Source of the DNA: Geosiphon pyriformis uo1 | Lineage: Eukaryota; Fungi; Glomeromycota | Reading direction: 5' to 3' | DNA length: 64,000 nt | Assembly: GCA_016748015.1 (NCBI GenBank) | Contig: JAAOMT010000088.1 | Span: 217,663-281,662 of the forward strand | In this document: positions 54,355 through 64,000 of the stretch, in pieces | Layout: every line of letters starts with the position of its first letter | Numbering within the stretch: the first letter of the stretch is position 1 | Notes under the pieces: generated by a model | Databases searched by the model: none | What the model was told of the DNA's origin: nothing | What the model saw: the letters and a program-made list of their open reading frames with translations, nothing else | Program-made: the position numbers and the translations under genes

Positions 54355-55949
54355 GGTTGAAAGATTTTTGTATTTTCACCGAACTTTATAACCGAAACAT
54401 GTAAAGATACTGAAGGAACTGATAAAATTAGCTAGAAGTACCCTGGATTTCTCTAGCAAACTTTATATCATTATGTGTAAATGTTAAGCTTTGTTTTGTT
54501 TACAAATAAACTTTAAGATCGAGGTTATCGTTATCAATTTCTAAACCGAGTTTGGTTTCTTGAATTTAAGTAGAAAGCAGGCCTTAGTTGCTTGCGAAAA
54601 ATTTTAGGCAACTAAATTAATTAGGAAAAAAAGGGCTCTTCCGAAATATTTAAGTCAGTCCAATTTTGAAGATTAGGCTGAACAAAAAGATTGATTGAAT
54701 GAAAGCCCCAATTTAGGGGTTTAGTGAATGATGGCGAAATTTATTATTTGTGATCTAAAGATATTATTTTTGTTGAATAAAATTTGAAGGTGGCACATGT
54801 AAATAGATCAAACTCTCATCTAATCAATGAAAATGAAATTTTAAATTCCCCGAAAAAGGGACTCGGTTCATAAAAATAATAGCTTAATTGAAGAATCCTC
54901 TTAATAAAAATAACCAATATAAAAATATAATGTGGCTCTGCCCTTAAAATCAAAAACATTCACAACAGACTCTTGATTCAACATTTTTTCAAATCCATGT
55001 TCAATATTATAGAAGTAATGAAATCTTAATGCTTTTTCAAATATTGAGATCCTAAATGAGAATTAAACTTAAAACTGACATTTCTCAAAATATGAAAGTT
55101 GCAATTAGTGTAAGAAGTTGAAATGATGCTGCACGAAAACATTATGCATTTATGGTGGGATAGGATATTCTTAATCAGAAGTCGTCTCCAATAAATTTAT
55201 GAGACACAACTAAAATGTTGTCAAGCGGGTAAACAACTGAGCCATTACGAGGTTCGTCAAAAAAATAATATTTATAAGTGAAATTAATTAGATAAGATTG
55301 TTAATAAGATGTAATTAATGTTAAAGCCAATTTATACAAAAAATTTAATTTATATTTTACTTGAATGAGATAAGATTTCTTTCTCGACTGAAAGGCAAAA
55401 GTCCATGAAGAAAAAATTAATTGATTAGTGTTTCAAATCTTGAAATCTCAACTCCGTAGCAAAGCAAACCAGAAATTCAAACAAATTATTAAATTACTTT
55501 GTTTTCATTGTTTTATTAGGTATTTGTTCAAATGACGTCTGATGGTAAAGTCCCACAATAATTTGTTTTGGAATATTTCTTCACATCTGACGGTTTTTGC
55601 CTTTGTTATTGTTGTTGCTTAACTTGGTTGATCATTTCAGCGTTCAAGAACCCTTTAACGTTTCAAGAATTTGTAAATGTGATATTTGTTTAGGTTTTCT
55701 AATAAAATGTGTACAAAGAAATTGATTATAGAACTGGGATTCTTTTTCAACTATTAATGACAAAAAAGTCTCTTTTGAAGGTAATCATGCATATTATTGA
55801 AGGTATCTTTTGAATTATTATACTGCTGAAATACTTAAAATAAATGCAACAATTCAAATTCTTTGTGAATAAATTCTTAAACCCAAAAATTAGCCAACAA
55901 TATTTAGATTAACCAAAATCAGATTTCAAAAAATGATTGAATCTTATTA

Positions 55950-58900
55950 TTATATATATGCAAATAAGTTTTTTAATAATTTTACTACTATAAATTTAAC
56001 AAAGGAATGCTTTTCAACGTGTAAAATATTTGCTTAAGATTTCAGTATTTTGTTTAAACATCAATTTTATGGCTTGAATTATCAATAAAACTTAATTAAG
56101 ATTGAATATTACTTTTTTAACATTTAAATTATTGAATTGTTATTTTTTTTCATAAAAATGTAAACATATTTTTGACCATTGATTTATATCAATTTTTGAA
56201 TTTTGTATAGTTAATGTTTAACATTGTTTTTTATTGTTTTAATTTTTTGAATTAGCATTGTTATGCTTGGTTTTCAATTTTATTATTAATTATATAGATA
56301 ATGTATTAACTACTAATATCACATATTTAACCACTCTATTTTTAGAATTAATTGCTGACTTGGTTATTTTTTTTCTCTTCAAAATTAATTTTATATATAT
56401 TTTATCTCTTTCTAAATTTGTATTTTATTAAAGTTTGATTATTTAATTATTTTAAAATACTTAAAAAAAACTAACCAGTATTGTTAATATTGTTATGAGT
56501 CAAAATAATATGCTAACAAATAGTAAAAAAAATAAGTTGTATAATAATATAAATAATTTAATCAAGAGAATTAATTGAATAAATAAATAATTTAATTAAT
56601 GTAATTAGTTTTATAAAATTACGTTTACTTGTTTTTTCAAAAAATCTTAAAGTTGAAAAATAGTTTGTAATAATTAATAAAAAATAACACAGCTGTTATG
56701 ATCTATGTTTTAGTTAACACTTTTAATATTTAATAACAAGTATTGTTTATTTTTTAATAATTCTTTTACTAAAGTTAACAGTAATATAATCAAAAAAAGA
56801 ATTAAATATAAAAATAATAAAGATAAATTTAATTGTTAATAATTAGATAAATAAATATAGTTTTAAGAAATTTTACTTATATATTTTAAAAAAAAATAAA
56901 CAGCATTTCTTTAAAGCATTTTTTTTAAGTAAAATAAACACAAAACAGCTTTTGGCTTTAAGTAGAAGTTTTTTTTTGTTTAAAGTTTTTTCTAAACAAT
57001 TAATTAAGACCAGTTTTAGTGTAATTGTTATTATCATAAAGAATCTAAGAATTTTTAACAAAAAACTGTTAATAAAACCACTTTTTTTTCTTAGCAAATC
57101 TTTTTATTATTGTTTAAATAACCAAAAAAGCCAAAGAAACAACTTTTCATTTTAAAGTACCAAAAAAAATTGTTTCTTTTTATATTTTTTAAAACAATAC
57201 TTTTAATCTTAAAGTTTATTTTTTTCTTATAAAAAATAAGATATTAATTTTTTAATGTTTTTATTAATTCTGTTATAATTATACTAATTATAGTAGTTAA
57301 TTTTAATTCGGCTATAAATAATAGTTCTTTTCTTATTTTAAATAATAACAATAGCAACATATTTGCTAAAACTGGTTTTAAAAGCAAAACAATTTATATT
57401 TTACACATAACTTTTATTAATTAATTTATTAAATTAATAAATAGAAACTTAAGTACTTTTTTTTGCTTTCTAAAAACATTATTGGTTTTAATAATGCTTA
57501 AAAAACAATTTCAAATTTTTGATAAATAATTTTTACTTTGGTATTTAATAAAATTACAAATATTAAATTGGCTTATATTAAAACTATCTTTTAGTTTTTA
57601 TTTAGTTTTATTGGTTTAAAATTAGTTATTACATTTTAAGTTTTTTTGAATACTATTATTAAAATAAAACTTATTAAATTACTTTTTTTATTACTTTAAA
57701 AATTGCAAAATTTTCTGTTGTTTTTGTTATTATAGCTTTGTATAATATTTTTATAGACATATTTTTTAACAAATTAAATATAGTTTAAATGTTTTAGTAA
57801 AATTTTAAATATTAAGTTAAATTTTATTAATTTATTACAATATGTTATTGTGCATTTTAAGCTTTTTAAAGTTACTAAAACTGCTTTTATATGCTAATTA
57901 ATTTTAATAATAAAAAATAATTGCTTTTTAAGATTTATTTAAGACTAAGTTATTTAATTTTTTTACTGTATTGTTTTTTAAATTAGTAAATTAATTTCTT
58001 AAATTGATAATTAAACTTGTTTTATTTTTTAGTTTCTAAATACTTATTATCAAAATTTTGTTATAATTAAATTTAAGTTTAAAAAATTCCAAATAATACT
58101 ATTTTTAAAACTGGTATTTTGTAAAAAAATTATATTTAATAAAAAATTCTTGAATGTCAATGTTATTATAAATATTAAAATTTAAAATATTTGATTTTGA
58201 TTGTAAATGGTTTTTTGTTTTTTATTTAAATAATTTACTGATTTTAAAGTACTGGTTTTTTAGTTCAATAGAAAAATATCTTATGTCAAAGCAGTGTATT
58301 TTTATTATTAAATTTTTTTCAATTGTATTTTTAAAAATATATAATAAGTTGATAATATTTTTAAGTTTTTAAGCTTTTTTATAAAAGATAACAAAAAAGC
58401 AATTTGTTTATAATTATGTAAATTTATTAAAAATATTAAATGTTTAGATTGTTTATAAATAAAATATAAATACAAAGTTTGTTGTTGTCTAATTTAAAAT
58501 AGTTTTGATTGATTTAAATGATTAATTATATATTGTTTTTAGCATAATCTATAATTATATAAAATAATCATATTTTATAATAGTTTTTGGTTAAACTATA
58601 TTTTTGAATAGAATTTAACCTATTAAGTTATTTTTTTGAATATTATTATATATAAAAAATAAATATTTTAAAGTAATAATAAAACAATTAAAAAATAATA
58701 TTTAAATATATTGTAATTTAAAATTAATAAATTTAAATAAATATAATAAATTATATATATATTAAATTTAATAATTATAGTTTACAAAAATATTATTTGT
58801 TTTATTAAAATTATTTAATTGTCAAATCAAATTAAGTACTAAAAATTATGTTTTATTTTAATAAAATTCTATTTATAAAAACAGATAAAAAAAGTTGTAA

Positions 58901-59950
58901 TTGTAATTAATTTGAGTTGATTATTAATTAAAAGTTTTATGTCTTTTTAAATTAATATTTAAAATGTTTAAAAGTGTATTTGGCTTTTATTCCTGTGTTT
59001 AGGCTTATAAATAATTACAAAATCAAAGTCTAAAAATAATAAAACTAATAAGCTTATTTTTTTATTAATGCTTTAACAAAATGAGATCCTTCCACTAACT
59101 ATAGCACAAAACACATGTGTTCTACAATAGGCGCGAATTATGAGCTTTCTGCACGTGACCAGCCACTAAGCTTATTTTTATTAAAAGCTTAAGTGACAAA
59201 AAATATTTTAAGTTCTTTTAATTACAAAATATAATTATTTTAGATTGTTTGTATTTAAATAAAATGCTATTTTTTAAATACTGTAAACAATTATTAATAA
59301 ACTATTGAATATAATATTATTAACATTTAATTTAAAGCATTGAAAATTAAAAATAATAGATATTAATTTTTGATAATTTTATTGAATTTATGAAATTTAC
59401 ATATATTTTTAATAATTTGTTTTTTAATAAATAGTATAATGCATTCAATTTTGTTTCAAAAAGTATATATATTAATTTAAATAAAAGCTGTATATATTTT
59501 TATCAGGTTAATAAAATAATAATATTTAAATAAATATCTGTTTTTTATTAAAAATTAAATATTGAACTTGAAAAAAAAACGAAGATTTTTTTATTTGTCT
59601 TTTTTATTAGTTATATAAGTAAAATTTTCAAAGTTGTAAAAAAATATTCTAAAAAACAGAGATTAATTAAATTTTCTTTTTTGAATTTTATTTATTAAAA
59701 TTAACTTGAAAAGTAAGCAAATTGCTGTTGTAATGTTTTAAATAAATAACTATTAAAAATAATTGCAATCTGTTTTTGAATTTTTAAAGTGCCAAATGAA
59801 ACATAAAATTATGCTAGCATATTATCTTTTTACTCTCAAATATTCTTGAAAAGATTAAAGCTGCAATTTTGAAATTTTTTACACATTCAATTTGCTATTT
59901 GTTAACATTTTACTTTAATTTGTAACAATATTGTTGATTTTGACTTGCCT
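55950..59950. repeat. Extremely AT-rich degenerate repeat block
   Basis: Homologous to parts of the 5970-7160 and 46100-46590 blocks. CG almost absent except in a short island at ~59083-59167. Confidence 0.8.
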
Positions 59951-62163
59951 GTAAGATTCATGAGTTACGGGTCCATAAAAAGATTTTGCAAATTTTAGGG
60001 CAGAACGAGTGCTATCTGTAAAGTCAATTTGCAAATGAGAAGATTCTAGAATTCTTTATTATCCTATTCTGATGAATACCACTTGAGGAAGTGTGGAACG
60101 GGAAGTGATAGCTGTTCCCATTTTCATAAAACGCATGGTAGCTACGGTTTCAAAATTAAATTAAAAACAAAACCATTTTTTGAGAGTTAAATTCAAATCC
60201 CTCATATTTATTATGACAATTTTTATTTTCATTGAAATTCCACTAATGATATATATATTTAGTACACATTTGAATAAAAGATCAAAAAAATAAATAAACT
60301 TGCTAAAAGTTTTTCTTTAATCTAAAATATAAATTAGCTGATATTGAATTTCAATTGCCAAAGCCAATGACCCACCAAGGATTCCACCACCAAGGGACAC
60401 AATAAGCTTGAGCACAACTCCAGCAAGTTTTCGGTTTGACCACACATTTCTTATTTATCTTCTGACAATGCAAATTTTGCCACCAACTACAGTATGGTGA
60501 TACCCAAGGGCACCAAGCACATTGCGGCCAATAGCTGCCGCTCGCTTGTATATTTTTATTTGAATTTCCATTCACGCTTCCATCTGCTTGACCATTTGCT
60601 TGACCATTATTTTCTGGTAATGGAGTCTCATCCAATGGTACCGGATCATTGGCAGTGTTTGGAGGGTCTTGGGCCGTGACCATGGTCACGGTGTTGACAG
60701 CGATTAAAGCCAAAAGGAAAATAGCCACAAAAAATAGATTCAAAGTTTTTTTGTTCATTTTTGGAAGATTCTTTGAAGCTAACAGTTTAAATTATTTTTA
60801 CTTTGGTTCTGTTTTCAAGAATGATTTGAAATTTGATGGATTGAGGGGGTCTTATATAGCGAATTTAGAAATATAAAAGATAAAATTTTTACGTTGTGAC
60901 CATTAAAATCAACTAACTAAAAGATAGGCTACATCTGGCGTAAATTTCATTGTCGTTAAATTTTGTAAACTATGAAAATTAACAAATTTAGAATAGGTTA
61001 TCGGGTTTTTAAGTATACCTCACCTTCCTAGTAGGAGTAAAAAGATAAATTTAGTTTAAAATTTCTGGTAAAATTTTTAGAATTTTCGCAATGAGAGTTT
61101 AATGGTTTCTAAAATTAAAATTGATCCGCATTCCCATTTTCACAAAAGGAGATTTTGATTGAAAGCCTCGATCATTGTTGTGGCAAACCTACATGAACAA
61201 TTTTAGATTTTGAAGAATTAGTCTATCATAATTTCCTTTCTTAATATTTGCATCATTAATTTGGCTCTTCTTTTAAGGTTTAGCCTAAATTTGGTTAGTA
61301 TAGTTGCTTGACTGTTGGCACATATATAGAAATTATCATTATAAGGCTAAAGACCAAATTTATAAATATAACTTTAGGTAAATCGAGGATTATATTATAT
61401 TAAAGTTAAAATATTTCCTTAAAATAGACCTTTGCAAATTCATAGTTGCCTCTCTGAATGAAATTTGGTTATTTTTTTCATAGAAATGCATGCAAGATTT
61501 ATTTGGTATATTTGCTCAAGGAAAAATGCCGCATGTAAATTATGCCAGAGAATAAGATATTTGATATTATAAGATGCAAATCGATTTGTTGGTTACCTGG
61601 ATAAAACTTTCAATATGATTAACCTTTCGTCAAAGAAAGTGCCTTTCAAAGTCTAAAAAACACTAGAAATTATGGTGAATAAAATAGACTTTTAAATAAA
61701 AATCATAAGCGATCATATAAATACCACAAAATACGATCACATATGTTGTTTTTCCCTAGGAAATTTAACTTGCCCGCAAAAGACGGTTTCTTTTAAAAAT
61801 TTAGCCCTAACTACTTCAGATACAGTCCTGGCGGATAGTAATGGAGAACAATTCTTTTGGATTACACAATTTTTTAAAATACAAACCCAGAAAAACTTGT
61901 CATTCAAGATATCTTAATCCCAATGCTATGATATATATAAAAACTAATATTTAGTATGGCCCCCTTCTGGATTTATACAAGCTTGAATATCGGCAAGAAT
62001 GTTATAAATATTAGTAAGGACCACTTCTCTGGAGGATTTGCCCATTCTTTTTTACTCCCAATAAAAACCTCTAAATTCCGTTTTTTTTTCAACCATTTCT
62101 TTTACTTTTTTATCCATGATGGCCATAGCAGAACACGACATAGAGGTCTTGCTTGGAGGTGGG
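59471..62163 (+). repeat. Direct segmental duplication, copy 2 (complete)
   Basis: Matches 9362-11810. 59955-61093 (1139 bp) corresponds to the 777-N gap of copy 1. Confidence 0.93.
60351..60758 (-). CDS. Small secreted Trp/Cys-rich protein, 135 aa, Opy2-like 8-Cys domain
   Basis: Signal peptide MNKKTLNLFFVAIFLLALIAVNTVTMVTA, an acidic N/D/P/G-rich spacer, then CAWCPWVSPYCSWWQNLHCQKINKKCVVKPKTCWSCAQAYC and a PWWWNPWW tail. 8 Cys and 11 Trp. TATATAAG lies ~95 bp upstream. Confidence 0.9.
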   Translation of the reverse strand: MNKKTLNLFFVAIFLLALIAVNTVTMVTAQDPPNTANDPVPLDETPLPENNGQANGQADGSVNGNSNKNIQASGSYWPQCAWCPWVSPYCSWWQNLHCQKINKKCVVKPKTCWSCAQAYCVPWWWNPWWVIGFGN

Positions 62164-62199
62164 GGTGATTCCAAGATAATTCTATAATTTTTGTATAGC

Positions 62200-64000
62200 C
62201 ATTGAATAATTTCTGTATCGAGTCATATTTCAATTTAAAGTTCAATTTTGGTTGAAGTAACAAAAAGCATTCCTTATTTTAATTAGAGTTTGAGTAAATT
62301 AAACTTTTTTATTCATTCGAATTTAAGAAAAAATTTGAAAGATATTAAGTTTCCTTATTTTACCAAATACTCTACTACAAAGTACAATTATCATATATCG
62401 TGTTCTATCTAAATAATATTGCTATTATTTAAATGATGTAATCATAATTGATTTTTTGTTAAAGTAAATATACATAAATAAAAACAGATAATTTAATAAT
62501 TATCTTCTTAATATGCTTTTTTTCTTTTTTCTTGAATTTTATTGTTAAAATTAGCTTGAGAATAAGAGACTTGTCCCTTAATTCATTGAATAAATAACTA
62601 TTAAAAATAATTGATATTTGTTATTAAATTCTAAAACATCCTAACTAAAACATAGACCTATAGCAACTGTAATTTAAGACAAATTACATTAAATGAATTC
62701 TTTACATCTTTAATTTGTTTTTTGTTAAAATTTTTTAAATAGATTTATATTGTTTTTAATTACTTTACTTTTTGCTATTTATTAGCTTATTAGTTATATT
62801 TGTAACAAAATAATTTTTTAAAATCTATATAAATAAAAATTCTAATAAATACATCTTTAAATGTTTAAAAATCTTATTTAATTTTTGCAAAAAATAGCCA
62901 TTTTTTACACATAACTAGCTATTTAAATTGGTTAAAACTATTTTTCAATCATAAATTTTTTTAATACTTATATTATTTAGTTTTGTCTTACAAAGATAAA
63001 ATCTATTAAAATATTTTTTAAGTACTTTTTAGCCATCCAATATGTTATAGTTGTATTAAAATTATTTTTATGATTAAAAATATTAAATATTAAAATGTTT
63101 ATAACATTTTTAATTTTTTTTATAATCTTAGAAATTTGTGTATCTATAATTTTAAGTATATTGTGTATCTATAATTTTAAGTATATTATTATAATCCAAA
63201 AATAAATTTTTATTTAATTCTTTAATGTCTAAACCAATATGAAACAACCAAAAATTCAGTTTTTTTAAAATATTGTTTTAATAATTGCAGTATTTAAAGG
63301 TTTTTGGGTTTTAAAATTTATAATTACATATTTTTAACAATAATAAAATAGATAATCAAAAAATTAAATAGATTAATTATTGCATTATATTATTGTTTTA
63401 TAATTTATATTAATTATTTTATTGTTTATTTTAGTTTTATTTAATTTTTATTTAATTTTAAAGTATTAATTAAGTGTAATTTAACTATTAACTATAATTA
63501 TATAATAGAAATATATATAATGGTTTATATATTGTTTATGTGTAATCAGTTATCTGTTTTATTATTTTAATTTACAATTATATATAAATACAATTATAAT
63601 ACTATAATTAAAATATAATTGCTTTAAACTATATATATTAAGCATTTTTTATATGTAATTAACTATTTAAATTAATTAAAATTATATTATATATTATTAA
63701 TATTATTATTAATATATAGCAAATTTAATAGCATTAAAACCAAATTAAAACAAAACAATATTTTTTATATTTAAAACTATAAATAAAACCAATTCTATAT
63801 AGTTTCATATTTTTAAAAAAAATAAAAAAACTTTTAATATTAATAAATATAAAACTATAATTAATAATTAAATTTTTTTATATTTTATTTTAACTTAGAA
63901 TTAGGCAATTAAATACATTTTTTATAAGTTACTCTTTTTTTAATGTTTTTAATGCCATTTTGCTGTTAATTTTGCTGTTGATAAAAACTGGTGAATCTTT
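62200..64000. repeat. AT-rich degenerate repeat block
   Basis: Very low GC. ~62590-62670 is homologous to ~9630-9720 and ~59740-59820. Contains a perfect 25-bp tandem duplication at 63136-63185. Confidence 0.7.

Noticed and set aside
60351-60758. Hydrophobin, defensin or repeat-type RiPP precursor
   Set aside because: It lacks the hydrophobin CC doublets, the CSab C-x3-C/C-x-C pattern, and KR-delimited core repeats or neighbouring tailoring enzymes.

Overview
This is a 64-kb window of very AT-rich eukaryotic DNA with short GT-AG introns. Gene content suggests an early-diverging fungus (Glomeromycotina/Mucoromycota-like); that assignment is inference. Ten genes can be reconstructed: two inverted copies of a 7-exon glyoxylate/hydroxypyruvate reductase, a SAM-dependent methyltransferase with a myristoylation-type N-terminus (plus two pseudogene fragments), an intronless MATA-type HMG-box transcription factor, a His-rich membrane protein, an Hst2/SIRT2-class sirtuin head-to-head with a CorA/Alr1-family Mg2+ transporter, a secreted class-3 lipase-like protein lacking the catalytic Ser, and two small secreted proteins sharing an 8-Cys Opy2-like motif. 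One of the latter is intron-split and absent from the ORF track. A third copy probably sits in an assembly gap inside a direct segmental duplication. A multi-kb inverted duplication brackets a ~21-kb segment containing the HMG gene. There is one TIR-intact but inactivated Tc1 (DD34E) transposon, and about a third of the window is extremely AT-rich, CpG-depleted relics of repeat families that appear eroded by C>T/G>A transitions. No rRNA, tRNA or CRISPR array was found. There are two N-gaps (2958-3034, 9847-10623).
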